Shown here: one piece after another, positions 49,737 to 60,419 of the stretch
Numbering within the stretch: position 1 is the first letter of the stretch
Layout: the number at the start of each line of letters is the position of its first letter
Origin: an uncultured Methylomirabilota bacterium
Lineage (GTDB): Bacteria; Methylomirabilota; Methylomirabilia; Methylomirabilales; 2-02-FULL-66-22
DNA: 64,000 bases
NCBI GenBank assembly: GCA_963705305.1
Contig: OY970067.1
Span: 480,001-544,000, forward strand
Direction: 5' to 3'
Notes under the pieces: model-generated
The model's database searches: none
What the model saw: the letters and a program-made list of their open reading frames with translations, nothing else
What the model was told of the DNA's origin: nothing
Program-made: the position numbers and the translations under genes

Positions 49737-50291
49737 TCATTCTTTGTGTAAATTCACGGGGTTGGACACGTCCGGGTGGCGCCGGTGCCGGTCTCGCCGA
49801 TGGAAGTCCGCCAGCGCAAAGGCGATCGCATCGAAGATGCTCGTGCGGGAGTCCTCGCTCATCCAGGGCTTCCGGGGCGGGGGGATCCGCGGGTGCAGCT
49901 CCGGGAACCGGGTGGCGATCGCCTGGACAATCTGATACTTGGTGCGGGCCCCACTGGAGGCGAAGGCCTGCCGCACGGCGGCCTGGGACACGCGCTGGGG
50001 CCGGACGTGGCGCCGTGCCGCCCGGACCGCAGCCGCCTGGAGGAGCCGGCGCACCCGGGGGCAGCGCCGGGCCCCGCGGGCGGCGCAGTCCTCCATGACG
50101 AGCGCCTCCGGCTGGTAGCGGGTGAGGAGCGCGTCGAGCTGGCGCAGGAAGGTGTTTTGTTTTGTACCCCGGGTCTCTTTGACGCCCCAGTCGATCAGCC
50201 TCTCCGGCCCTTCGAGGACGGCGAAGCCCACCCCCCGGCTGGTGGGGTCAAGGGCCAGGAGGCGCGTCGTGTTGGCGTGGGACCTCGTCAC
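49737..50291 (-). CDS. RuvC-like nuclease
   Basis: LLALDPTSRGVGFAV, LVMED, IFDAIAFA. Confidence 0.75.
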   Translation of the reverse strand: MTRSHANTTRLLALDPTSRGVGFAVLEGPERLIDWGVKETRGTKQNTFLRQLDALLTRYQPEALVMEDCAARGARRCPRVRRLLQAAAVRAARRHVRPQRVSQAAVRQAFASSGARTKYQIVQAIATRFPELHPRIPPPRKPWMSEDSRTSIFDAIAFALADFHRRDRHRRHPDVSNPVNLHKE

Positions 50292-50644
50292 GATGGTTGG
50301 TCCGGATCGGTCCTGGGGCCAAGGGAGACCACCCTGAGGAACTCCGCCTTCCGGCGGAGGGCCGCGTCGGGAGGGACCTTGCCCAGCCGGCGGCTCAAGG
50401 TTCTGACCCGCCGCCGGGTCTTTCGTTCGATCTGTTGGTAGACCCCGGCGAACAGCTCCCGGGCCGGAATCCGGAAGATCGCCTCGTAGGCGAAGACCGT
50501 CTCCAGCTGCGGCTGCTGGCGGAACCGCTCGTAGCGGGAGACTTTCGCGCCGGTTCGGCCGCCCAGGAGGTAGGCCACCTCCGCCTGGGTGAGGCTGGCG
50601 GCTTTGCGGGCGGTCCGGAGATAATTGGGGAGCTTGGAGGGCAT
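50288..50644 (-). CDS. XRE-family HTH regulator
   Basis: LRTARKAASLTQAEVAYLLG...VSRYER. Confidence 0.85.
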   Translation of the reverse strand: MPSKLPNYLRTARKAASLTQAEVAYLLGGRTGAKVSRYERFRQQPQLETVFAYEAIFRIPARELFAGVYQQIERKTRRRVRTLSRRLGKVPPDAALRRKAEFLRVVSLGPRTDPDQPS

Positions 50645-51290
50645 GGGGAGGGTATGAGTGAGAGCGGGGCCGGCAGACTTTGCCGGGGTTATAGCCTCAG
50701 CATACGGACAGAGGCCGCAGCTCCAAGACGGGGAAACTTGCCGAGAGCAGCAAACCCAAAAAAGCCGAATCGGGGAGATTCGGCACACAGCGCTTCTCGG
50801 GTCACGGACGGCTGAATCGCCGGACAGCCGTCCTGCTCATCTGTCATGGTCCTACGGGATAGTATACCGCATGTCAGCCGGCCTCTTGAATACGAGACGG
50901 ATCCATGAAAATGTTTCATCAGCAACGGCAGCGTGGTGGACATTGGGGACTTGGGGGATGTTCTACGGGGGTTTCGCCCGGAGGCTAAGTACAGGAAGCC
51001 CAGTGCGTTCTAGCTTGCGCTACTGGAAGGTCGCCTGCAAGCCATCCCGTTTCAAAGTCCCCAACCTCCCCGATGTCCACCCGCGTACTTTGGGCTCGCT
51101 GAGGTGGGTCTCTGGGCAGCCGTGTTTGCCACCGCCAGACGCGGCTTGCGTGCCGAGTGCGTTCGATGCCGCCCCTGTATCTTATGGCCCCGTGTTACTG
51201 AGACGGGAGCGCTCGTTCTTGACAACTGGCAAGGCCTTCGATACCCTCCCGAAGAATGACCGGTGCATGCTGTTACGAAAGGAGGACCGC

Positions 51291-51917
51291 TTGACTATAT
51301 TGCTCAAACAAGAAACCCATTGGCCTGAGGTTAGATGTGAGTATTCCCCAGACCTGAGGACTCAGTACAAGGAAGGTAAACTATTGTCCTCTTGGGTTAA
51401 GAAGTACAATGGGCGCTTCCTGTTCTGTGAACGAATGCTTGCAGATCCACGCTATCCCCGTGACAAGCCTGCGGAGGTGCGAGGCTTCAACGAATTGTTC
51501 ATGGCCATCCGTTATATCGAAGCTGGCTACGAGGTCCTGTGGTACTATCGGAAAGTCGAGGATGAGAGGTCTTACCAAAAACTCTGCCAATTGCTCGGAG
51601 GAGATGAGGCAGTACATGCCATCGCGCCGAACTCCGAACAGGGCGGGATGCCGCCGGACTTGATTGTCTTTGAGCCGGGAACGGGTCGCTTCCGGTTCGT
51701 GGAGTGCAAAGGCAAGTGGGAGGTGTTTACGACGCGCCAAAGAGATCGCTTTGCCGGGATTGAGACCTACTTGAACGACCACCCGCCTGCTCATGCACCG
51801 GCACTGTCAGTATCCGCCGACGAGAACCACCAGGAACTGTTTCCGACACTTGCAACAGGCCAATGGATCCACGTCGCGCGAGTGCTGCCCATGGTCGGGC
51901 CGCCGAATGTCCCGTAG
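51291..51917 (+). CDS. VRR-NUC/PD-(D/E)XK nuclease
   Basis: GGMPPDLIVF...FRFVECKG......Q; TTG start after AAGGAGG. Confidence 0.75.
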   Translation: MTILLKQETHWPEVRCEYSPDLRTQYKEGKLLSSWVKKYNGRFLFCERMLADPRYPRDKPAEVRGFNELFMAIRYIEAGYEVLWYYRKVEDERSYQKLCQLLGGDEAVHAIAPNSEQGGMPPDLIVFEPGTGRFRFVECKGKWEVFTTRQRDRFAGIETYLNDHPPAHAPALSVSADENHQELFPTLATGQWIHVARVLPMVGPPNVP

Positions 51918-51995
51918 AAGCGGACGCGCAGCTCCGGCTTCTCACAGTAACTTTTGCTCAATCGACAGCCTCTCCTCCCAGTGCCCAGTTTCGTC

Positions 51996-52196
51996 CTAGC
52001 CGTTCCACAAAGGTGTTGAAGATCTGATTATCAAGAGGTGCAGCTGCCCAGGCATTGGCGCATGTTACGGTACCTTCGTGCGATGGTGGGGCTGCAAAAG
52101 ATTTCTTCTCTAGTCAGCCGTTCCTTTCCGATCTTTGATTTCGATGTCTTACCAGCGAATCGCAGACAGTTATCAACACCTTTGTGGAACGCCTAG
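51996..52196. mobile_element. 201-bp MITE with 9-bp TSD AGTTTCGTC; a further solo end begins at 52206
   Basis: CTAGCCGTTCCACAAAGGTGTTGA ... TCAACACCTTTGTGGAACGCCTAG; TSD at 51987-95 and 52197-205. Confidence 0.9.
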
Positions 52197-52424
52197 AGTT
52201 TCGTCCTACCCGCTGCACAAAGGTGTTGATGGTCTGATTGCCAAGAGGGGCGGAGTGGCCGGCCGTCGGAAGCCGATGTTAGCTGGTCTACAGAGTTAGG
52301 GGGTAGGTCCGGTAGGCACGCTCCGCCTCCTCGCGAGTGTGGAAGAGACACCTGTTGGCGAGATGATAGGCGACCTTCCTGATCTCGCCGTCCGTGTAGT
52401 CATGCTCTCGGACGAACCCGAAAA

Positions 52425-52899
52425 AGTTGTAGCCGACCCGCGCGCCCTCGGCGTGGCCGTAGAGGACGAGGACCACCGAGTCGAGGTCGAAGACCAGACT
52501 GCTGCGGGGCCGCGGCCGCGCGAAGACGGCTTGCCGGAGCTGGTCGTGGAGGCGCACCAGTTGGCGGATGTGGCGGGGGCGCATGCGCTTCAGGAAGCGG
52601 CGCAGGGCCGTCGCATCGGGGAACTGGCGGAAGCCCGCGATCCGCTGGAAGGCGCCGTTGTACTGCAGGATCTGGGTCGCATTGATGCGGTCGAGCCCGA
52701 CGATGATGCCGTAGAGGAGCGCGAGGAGCAGGTCGGCGGGGCGGTAGGTGCGGGACCGGGGCCCCGGGCGCAGCGCATTCTGGAGCAGCCGCTTGAGACC
52801 GAGGCGCGCGCAGAAAGCGTGGATTAGCGCCATCCAGGCGAAGTGGGTGAGCTGCGGCTCGTCGAACGCGATCCGCAAATTTTGGAGGCCTCTGGCCAT
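52425..52899 (-). pseudogene. IS1380-family transposase, truncated
   Basis: LTHFA..., FPD.TAL.RFL, FDLDS.V..LYGHAEGARVGYN, then unrelated sequence. Confidence 0.8.
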
Positions 52900-53077
52900 T
52901 GTCCATAAAGCTAACCTAGGGTTAGGGTTGTGGACAAGGAGAAATTCCGCCCGCGCAAGCGAGTTCGTCCATGATAGAAGCGCTCTTGGGCCCTGGTCCT
53001 AAGGTCGTATCGCATCAAATAACGCATCCGTGAGGTTCAATAGCACGGGTTCAATAATCATCAATGGTATCGAGTCT

Positions 53078-53583
53078 ATGAACGCACACAATAAGTGGGT
53101 TGCTGTGATTTGTTTCATCGCAGCAATCATTACGATTGAGACTTTCTTAACCGGGATTTTAGTGTGAACGACATCTTTAAGATTTTCAAATCATCTGAAT
53201 CATCTGTACCAGCAAACACCATTCAAGGAAGGATCGTAATCGAGAATGTCACCTTCTCGTCGGGTGGCGGCCAACACTTACAAATTGATGTTCGCGGACA
53301 CGGATTTGGACAGGCTCCAAGGCGGATGCCGTTCACGGGTAACCTTCCTTACTTTGCATTTAATAACGGCAAATTCGAGGCAGGCAATGTCACTGCATCG
53401 AACTGGGACGCCGTGACTTTGAACTACGTTTCTTGGGGGCCAGACAGAATTGTTGTTGCTGGGTTCTCGGGTGCGTATGGGGCAAGATCGTGGGAAGCTG
53501 CGCCGGGGGACCCTGTGACAGTCACCGTCTGGAATCCCGACTCCGGTGGTAAGACGACCTGGAAAGGTGTCCTGCCTCCCTAG
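53078..53583 (+). pseudogene. Membrane-anchored beta protein split by a frameshift
   Basis: MNAHNKWVAVICFIAAII.. joins VNDIFK.. if one T is restored in the run at ~53157-60. Confidence 0.5.
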
Positions 53584-53704
53584 ATTCAATCGGAGCGGTT
53601 CCGAAGCCATCGGCTTGTTTTCTCAGCGCTCCGTGTCGCTGGCCTGGGTCGCGATTGCGATTGACACCCCGCGAACGCATCGATATGCTCCTTTCAAAGA
53701 ACGC

Positions 53705-54268
53705 TAGTGTCCCGTCCCATTTAATACTTGACAATGCGTCCGATCGGTGTTTCTATGGGGCATGTTCATCCCCGCGGCCCCGGTGGCGCTCGACGCTGCC
53801 CAGCGGCAGCAGCTGGAGGCCCTGGTCCGGGCCGGGACCACGCCGCAGCGGCTGGCCCGGCGCTGCCAGGTGATCTTGCTCGCCAGTCACGGGGTGGCGA
53901 ACCACGCCATCGCCCAGCAGACGGGCCTCTCGCGCCCCACCGTGCTCGCCGCGCGAGCCGCCTTCGCCCGGGGCGGCGTGGACGCCCTCGGGCACCGGCC
54001 CCGGCGCCACCGGACCGGCCGGGTGCTGACCCCGGGCGTCGAGCAGCGCATTCTGGACACCACCCTGAAGACGCGCCCCCTCACCGGCACCCACTGGAGC
54101 GTCCGGACCCTGGCGAAGCAGCTCGGCCTGTCCCGCATGATGGTCCAGCGGGTCTGGGAACGGCATGCGATTCAGCCCCACCGAGTGGAGCACTTCAAAC
54201 TCTCCACCGATCCGCGGTTCGAAGAGAAGGTCCGCGACATCGTCGGCCTCTACCTCAATCCGCCGGAG
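53705..54268 (+). mobile_element. IS630-family transposase, 5' half (CDS from 53762)
   Basis: THWSVRTLA, FKLSTDPRFEEKVRDIVGLYLNPP; TA-preceded end; catalytic domain absent. Confidence 0.85.
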
Positions 54269-55748
54269 CGCGCGAGACAAACGTGTGCACCTCCTCGATC
54301 ACAACAAGGACACGCGGGCGCGTAGCGCCCGTCGACATGGCTTCCCCTGCAGCGGTCTCAATAACCGCATCAAAGAGCGCCTGAAGCGTATAGGCAATCG
54401 CAATGTTTCTGCTCCGGTCGTCCGTTTCCGATACGTCCAAAACCGATAGCCTTCTAGCAACCAGCAGATCCCTAACAGGAAGCTCGGGGACAGCTCGCGT
54501 ACCATTCCAGTCCAACATACCGGAGCGACCAAGGCGGATCAGCTTCGAGCGTAAGGTGTGCGCTGTGGGGCGCTCAGTGTTCCCAACTTGAGGCAAGAGC
54601 GGCATATTTCCATTCCCGTCTTCTGTGAGACCATCGATGAGCGTCTGAAGATCGAATGGCCTTTGCTGAGCCGCTTGCCCAGCGGTGCCGCCGAGAACAC
54701 CAAGCCGTCCAGCCCCCGCACCCTGACCTGCCTGACGCGCCGCACGGGTCGTAATTGCTCCGAACATTCTCATCTGTGGTTCCGAGAACTCAAGGATGTC
54801 GGCGATGACCTCTTCCTGAAGGCTGGAGATTGGCACCTTAAAGGGACGCGGATTGATTGCCTCGGAGTGACCCGACGATGGAACGTACACCCGGAAATCG
54901 GCAACTCCGGCTGGATCGAGGGCGTGGTCCCTGCGGAGAAGTTCGACCATATGGGCGTCGTCGCTGGGCTCGTTCATCCGAACGTATTCGCCCTCCACGT
55001 CGACAACGACAACGGCCCAATTCTGCCTCACCGCCTCTTCCGTTATCACTTGAGTTGTGTTCGATTTACCCGATCCGACGGTACCGAAGATTCCCACGTT
55101 CCGCGGCAGAAAATTCTTGCTCTCAGCATTGGCGTGCACCTGCACGCCCTCGTACCCCATCAAATGGCCGACATAGAAGTTGCCCTCGATACCCAGGTGC
55201 GCCCGAAGGCGATCCGGCGGGAAAATGTATATCTCCGAGTAGGGACGTGGACGCGTCGAAGTCGGAACTACTCGTTCCTCCGGGGTCAATTGGCCGAGGA
55301 TTTCGATGGTTCCATACACATAATAGACGGGGCGAAAACGAGTGCGTTCCGGATGCAATACTGTGGTCCGCGTGATAGCTGAGTCAGGTCCGATCTCATG
55401 GGGTGCGTGAAAGGGTCCCTCGACGATCCGACCCAGAAAATCAATGCCTTGCTCCCGGTCGCGAATGCCGACGTAGACGTCCCGCCGAAAATGCCGTCTC
55501 CGGTCCTCCGAAACCATGGCTCCGGTGGAGGCATTCTCCACGCTTCCGACGTCAAAGTTCACGAAGCCAATGTTCACCAAAGAGCCAAAGACTGCCTCAG
55601 AGGTGCCGGCGGCCGGCTCAATCGTCTGTTCGGCGGCGCCCTGAGCGTCACGTTCCGGAGATTCGATGGCTACGTTGCTTTCAATCACCTCAACGTCTTC
55701 ATCTGGCTCTTCATTTCGGTCATTTTCAACAGATGATCCATTCGTCAT
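54255..55748 (-). CDS. HerA-like ATPase, C-terminally truncated at the IS630 junction
   Basis: HAS-barrel-like N-terminus, GIFGTVGSGKS, VVDVEGEY, VVIEEVHTF. Confidence 0.85.
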   Translation of the reverse strand: MTNGSSVENDRNEEPDEDVEVIESNVAIESPERDAQGAAEQTIEPAAGTSEAVFGSLVNIGFVNFDVGSVENASTGAMVSEDRRRHFRRDVYVGIRDREQGIDFLGRIVEGPFHAPHEIGPDSAITRTTVLHPERTRFRPVYYVYGTIEILGQLTPEERVVPTSTRPRPYSEIYIFPPDRLRAHLGIEGNFYVGHLMGYEGVQVHANAESKNFLPRNVGIFGTVGSGKSNTTQVITEEAVRQNWAVVVVDVEGEYVRMNEPSDDAHMVELLRRDHALDPAGVADFRVYVPSSGHSEAINPRPFKVPISSLQEEVIADILEFSEPQMRMFGAITTRAARQAGQGAGAGRLGVLGGTAGQAAQQRPFDLQTLIDGLTEDGNGNMPLLPQVGNTERPTAHTLRSKLIRLGRSGMLDWNGTRAVPELPVRDLLVARRLSVLDVSETDDRSRNIAIAYTLQALFDAVIETAAGEAMSTGATRPRVLVVIEEVHTFVSRAPAD

Positions 55749-56881
55749 GCCCTTGCCCTCCGTGGATCGACATCGAAAACCCCAGAGTCGACGCTCAAGT
55801 CATACAATCTGCTCTCGACAAACGAGCGGAATTCTGCCCCCTTAAAGAGGGTCCGCGCGACCTGGTCAGCAAGATCGATGTGGAAGGGGAACCCTCTCAC
55901 GGCGAGGGCGGAGCCATCAGTTGGAAGACCACGGGTCCAGAGAGAATCGATCAAAAAAAGAGATACTGCCTCCTCAATCCGTGTGCTGTGGCACTCCACC
56001 ATAAACGGCTTGTTCGCCGCCTTAACTAAGACCACTGATACCTGAGGTCCAACGGCTCGGAGGAATTCCTCAAATCGCCCCCGATCATTATGAGTAAAAT
56101 TCGCACGCGCCTGACCTGTGGTAGGATCTCCAGTAAGAAACGTAGTCAGCGTGTCAGCCATTGTCCGGATGACGATATATTCGCCAGGCTCGAGTAGGAT
56201 AGCAGCATTGAGAATGTCAATATCGTCCGATCCTTCTGTAACCGCCATGAATTTCTCACTCCGAACGTACGCATTGACGACATCGAAGGCGGGACCGAGA
56301 TTCTGGGCCGGCCGACCAGCGCCGGTCCTCAACTCATGGGGGAACAGTTCGCCGTGGAGCATTCGCCAGTCTGCTTGCTGTTCCAGCAATAGACGACGTT
56401 CACCGAACAACATTATTGCCCGCGACAAGAGATTTGAAAACGATCGGCTGGCACGAAGATTGACAAAATGCTCGGTGGCTGTCGCTGCCTCGGGCGCGAG
56501 CTCGGCCTCGAACACCCTCGTTACAAGGTCCACGACTTCGCCCGAATTGAATACAATGACAACTCCAACTTGGATCTTCGAGCCGCCGAGCAAAGGCACG
56601 GGGGATATAGTTCCGTCCGCCGCAGCAACAGTTCCGGATCGGAGCAAGTTCTCCGCTCGCGCCATCGCCTCGCCCGAGGGACGGGAGACACGCTCCCGTA
56701 AGCCAGGCTGATTCGCTAGCAACTCATCTCGGTACTGCGCTCGGAGATTATTGGAACGATTGATCGAGGCATCTATGCGTTCCCGGAGGTCGTCCAAGTG
56801 AACTTCCAATGGACGCCATGGGGATTGCCGCAATATGTCCTCTATCGAAGGAGCATTTTGTCTCCCAAAATGGTCTGTCAT
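55745..56881 (-). CDS. NurA-like nuclease
   Basis: VAAADGT, MLHGELFPHE, GFPFHIDLADQVA; 4-bp overlap with HerA. Confidence 0.7.
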   Translation of the reverse strand: MTDHFGRQNAPSIEDILRQSPWRPLEVHLDDLRERIDASINRSNNLRAQYRDELLANQPGLRERVSRPSGEAMARAENLLRSGTVAAADGTISPVPLLGGSKIQVGVVIVFNSGEVVDLVTRVFEAELAPEAATATEHFVNLRASRSFSNLLSRAIMLFGERRLLLEQQADWRMLHGELFPHELRTGAGRPAQNLGPAFDVVNAYVRSEKFMAVTEGSDDIDILNAAILLEPGEYIVIRTMADTLTTFLTGDPTTGQARANFTHNDRGRFEEFLRAVGPQVSVVLVKAANKPFMVECHSTRIEEAVSLFLIDSLWTRGLPTDGSALAVRGFPFHIDLADQVARTLFKGAEFRSFVESRLYDLSVDSGVFDVDPRRARA

Positions 56882-57094
56882 CCCTACGCCTTCCAATGAT
56901 CTTGTTATGTAAATGCCTTGGTGTTTTTACCGAGGGACTCGGTCCTCGATTCTAACGATGTCGGTAAGCACGAACAAAGTGGCCGCTCTCGAGGCAGTAG
57001 CTGGTGATCTTGCTGGTGGATGCGGTCACCGAGGGGGCTGAAGGACCGCTCGCGGGCCACACCTTAGTCCACCCACGGAGCTAGAAAGCTCGAT

Positions 57095-57664
57095 TTAAAC
57101 ATCCGATGAAAACCGTTCTCGTTGCTGGAAGGGAAGTCCTGGTTCTGGTTGCTGCTGTGCGGCTTCACGAGGGGTCGGCTGCCGGCATCCCATTGGGTCA
57201 TCTTCCGGATGGAGCCTGCGCTGTGAGAGAGCAATGCTACTCCGCAACAAACTCACTGTAAGCCGGCCCACCCGGTACCATGCCGCCATCCCCCCAAGAG
57301 AGAATGCGATGAGTCCTGCGACTGCCACCATCGGCAGTCCACTTGGCAGTTTCGTGAGGTCAGTGATGAAGGCTGCGCTGGCCAGCAGAAGGGCGACGAA
57401 CCACCAATGCAGCACCGCCAGCATGTAGCGCAGGAGGAGATCATAACAGTCCCCCGGCGCTCGACGTAGCCAGGAAATGAGCGGACGATCCTCAATAGCG
57501 ATGAGAATGGTGAGGCCGGTGCCAGTGAACCCGATCGCGATTGCGCCAAGCCCACCAATAAACATGAGCGCATTTTCGCTGTGAAGAAGGCCGGGCGATG
57601 CCCGCAAGAAGGCCGCGATCCCACCGATCAGGGCGATGGCTACCGGGTACCACCGTTCAATCAT
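57095..57664 (-). CDS. 4TM membrane protein
   Basis: Four hydrophobic helices; AGGGGAG RBS. Confidence 0.75.
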   Translation of the reverse strand: MIERWYPVAIALIGGIAAFLRASPGLLHSENALMFIGGLGAIAIGFTGTGLTILIAIEDRPLISWLRRAPGDCYDLLLRYMLAVLHWWFVALLLASAAFITDLTKLPSGLPMVAVAGLIAFSLGGMAAWYRVGRLTVSLLRSSIALSQRRLHPEDDPMGCRQPTPREAAQQQPEPGLPFQQRERFSSDV

Positions 57665-57681
57665 GGGACTCCCCTCTCTCC

Positions 57682-58563
57682 TCAGGCCCTACCAAACTGC
57701 CTTCGAAGATCGTCGTCCTGGCGTCGCAATGCCTGAGCCAATTCTTGCCGCACGGCTGGTCCCCGTAGCTGGCGATCTGCGGTTTCGACCCCGAACTCTT
57801 CAACTAAACGATAGCTCAGGAGGTCGATGGTTTCCATGGGTTCGTCTGCAAACCCTCTGCTGCCCCTCACGACGATCTTTTGAACTTCCTGGCCTTGGTC
57901 CCTATGGACGCGGAAGAGTCGCCGAGCAATATCTATGGCCCTCGCTGCGTTAAGTGAGCCCTTCCGCCGCCCCATGCCCATCGACACACTGATGCGCGCA
58001 GCGCCTACATACCGGGCTGTGTTAAGGGCGCCCGCTACGCTCCTCAACCTCCTGTATACACCTGGGTCGGTCGGGGTGGCGAGGCTCAAATCTATGTTCC
58101 TGACCACCTGCATTCGCTGTAACTTTTCGAGGGCATCGGCCTGGATCACAGGCTCCAATAACAAGTCCTCAACTTCGGTCAGCCTGGCGAGGTAGGTTTC
58201 CACGGTGCCCGGACGGACTGCCTGGAAGTTGCGCTGGATGACCATCACGCCATACCCAGGGGTGTAGACAAAGGAGGTCTCCTCGCCCAGCCCCTCATCT
58301 GCCTCAAGCGGGAGGTCGCGCAGCTCTCCGTCGAGTTCTGCCACGTTCGGCAAGTCATCCATACGGATACGGATAAAGCACCCAGACCACAGGTTCCTAA
58401 TCCGCTCCAAGAGATGAAGACGGTACGTGTAGCCGTAGATTTCGATGTTCCGGTCAAGGGGCCTTGGGCGATTTGTCAGGACGCGGTTCAAAAGTTCTGT
58501 GAAGGGTGGGGCACCGGTGGGGAGTTGAACCCGGAAGAAGTCAGCGCGGACTCTCTTGCGCAT
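57682..58563 (-). CDS. DUF6731-like protein
   Basis: LPLEADEGLGEETSFVY...MVIQRN...IDLL motif pattern; GGAGG RBS. Confidence 0.65.
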   Translation of the reverse strand: MRKRVRADFFRVQLPTGAPPFTELLNRVLTNRPRPLDRNIEIYGYTYRLHLLERIRNLWSGCFIRIRMDDLPNVAELDGELRDLPLEADEGLGEETSFVYTPGYGVMVIQRNFQAVRPGTVETYLARLTEVEDLLLEPVIQADALEKLQRMQVVRNIDLSLATPTDPGVYRRLRSVAGALNTARYVGAARISVSMGMGRRKGSLNAARAIDIARRLFRVHRDQGQEVQKIVVRGSRGFADEPMETIDLLSYRLVEEFGVETADRQLRGPAVRQELAQALRRQDDDLRRQFGRA

Positions 58564-59277
58564 TGGCGTCCTCCCTCAGACGGAACTCTTGGACGTTCAT
58601 CCCCTCACGCGCGATTTGGTCAGGCAGTTCAACGCGCGGTCAATGAGCCGTGGGAAGGTATCGCCGCTCCATGGCCCCAAGTAACGAGACCCCGGGTGCA
58701 CGGCGGCCCGCCAGTACCCATAGCCTCGCAATCAGGGAGGGGGGTCACCCGCCTCGGGACGCATTCGCTTGTAGGCTGCCGTGCTGTCCAACCCTCTCTT
58801 ACTGATGCCGGAGGGCTTTGTCAATTAAAAACCGTGTCTCCCCAGAGGTACGCCCTCAGGGGTCATGGGGCGCGTGCCGGTTGACTTCCGGGTGCCTCCG
58901 ATCCCACCTCGGCGTCCAGGGGAAGCCGGGGCTCCTGGCTAACGTCACCCAGTCCATCCCGCAACAACTTCCGAACGGCCTTCCCTGTTCGTCCTCATGA
59001 AATCCGAATATGATGCCCGACCTCGCCACCAGACCCCTAGCAAGAAGCCCCCGAGGCTGTATTTGCGATGAGTTACGCTGCGACCCACCTAACAACACAG
59101 AAAAGTAGGGGTGGTTGCGCAACGCTTCCAGGTGTACCGTACATGTCCCGCAATTCCCCCCAGGGGGATCTGAATCCGCCATCATCTCCTTCCATGGAAA
59201 GACCTACTTGGCCAGGACAAGAATGAAAAAGGGCAGCAATTGCTCATCGCTGCCCCGTTGGGGTTGAGTGTTTCTCT

Positions 59278-60054
59278 TTAGTTCCCCGTCCACTCCCGGC
59301 AATCCGCCTCGTACTCGCAGTCCTTGCAGAGCCAGCACCCCCGGTTCGGGATGAACACGTGGGAGGTCACGCCCTTCAGGACTTCCTTGCCGAGGTGGAA
59401 CAGGCGGGCGTAGTCCTGTTCCCCCCGCTCGGCCGGCATCGGCTCGATCTTGACGTTCTTCGTCCGGACGAGATTGATGATCCGGAGTGTCTTGGGCGGT
59501 CGGCCGTAGAGCATCCGGAAGGCGTAGGCGTAGGCCGTGAGCTGGACGTTGTCCGGGAGGTCAGAGACCGACCAGCTCTTCTGGGAGGTCTTGAACTCGT
59601 CGAGGATGTCGCCGTCCTCTACCAGGTCGATCACCCCGCGGAGCGGTATGTCCAGGACCTCGCCGGTCTTGGGGTTCACCAGCGGAAGCTGGAAGCGCAG
59701 CTCCGCCTCCGTCACGGTGCAGGCGAACTGGTGGTAGAACTGGGACAGGAGTTCCTTCCCCTTCCGGACCAGGGCTTCAGCCCCGTCCCCGTTGTCCGCG
59801 AAGAGGATGGACGCACCCAAGATTTGGGCGTTCCAGTCCCCCTCGAAGACCCGGAGGATCTCGTCGAGGGGCGGCTGCCGGCCCGTCTTTCGCGCCTTGT
59901 GGAGCCATTCGAGGGCGGCGTGGATCGCGCCCCCGAAGACGAGGTTCGCGGACTGGGTGAGCTTGGGGAGCCGGTCGATGTACTGGAAGCGGTACTTGAG
60001 CGAGCAGGTGAGGTAGAGGCCGATCTGGCTCGGGCTCAGGCTTTCGAGAGGCAT
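59278..60054 (-). CDS. RecB/Cas4-like PD-(D/E)XK exonuclease with Fe-S cysteines
   Basis: LSPSQI..YLTC, RGVIDLV..DEFKT, QLTAY, C..C.Y...C. Confidence 0.85.
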   Translation of the reverse strand: MPLESLSPSQIGLYLTCSLKYRFQYIDRLPKLTQSANLVFGGAIHAALEWLHKARKTGRQPPLDEILRVFEGDWNAQILGASILFADNGDGAEALVRKGKELLSQFYHQFACTVTEAELRFQLPLVNPKTGEVLDIPLRGVIDLVEDGDILDEFKTSQKSWSVSDLPDNVQLTAYAYAFRMLYGRPPKTLRIINLVRTKNVKIEPMPAERGEQDYARLFHLGKEVLKGVTSHVFIPNRGCWLCKDCEYEADCREWTGN

Positions 60055-60055
60055 C

Positions 60056-60388
60056 TCACGCCTCCTTCCGGCCCTTGGCCAGCTGGTCGATGTAGCCGCT
60101 CGCGGCGAGCTTCGGGATGTCCTTGAGGGACGGCACCTTGAAATAGTCCTTCAGGTGCGTCTCCGCCGCCGTGCCCTCGATGCCCTGGGCGGCCAGGAGC
60201 CGGAAGAGGTACCGCTTCTGGGGGTCGGTCATCTTCTCCTCGTTGCTCCCCCCCGAGTTATTCCCGCCGGCCGCCCGGGCCTCTTTGGCCGGAACCGGGG
60301 CGTCGGTGAACTCCTCCACCTCCGCGAGGAGCACGGCAAACGGGGTGCTGTCCGGGTTCTTGAGCGTCACCTTCCAGAGCTTGCCCAT
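60056..60388 (-). CDS. Hypothetical protein
   Basis: Operonic; MTDPQKRYLFRL...ASGYID. Confidence 0.7.
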   Translation of the reverse strand: MGKLWKVTLKNPDSTPFAVLLAEVEEFTDAPVPAKEARAAGGNNSGGSNEEKMTDPQKRYLFRLLAAQGIEGTAAETHLKDYFKVPSLKDIPKLAASGYIDQLAKGRKEA

Positions 60389-60419
60389 GGGCGTTGTCCT
60401 CCTCTAGGGTTTGGGGTTG

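Noticed and set aside
50658..51290. Long N-terminal extension of the VRR-NUC ORF
   Set aside because: Strong RBS before TTG at 51291; upstream translation is not protein-like
56975..58690. attC-like hairpins flanking the DUF6731-like/4TM pair
   Set aside because: R'' boxes lack the AAC consensus; too degenerate to call
59278..60054. CRISPR cas4
   Set aside because: No array or other cas genes seen; the context is mobile-element backbone
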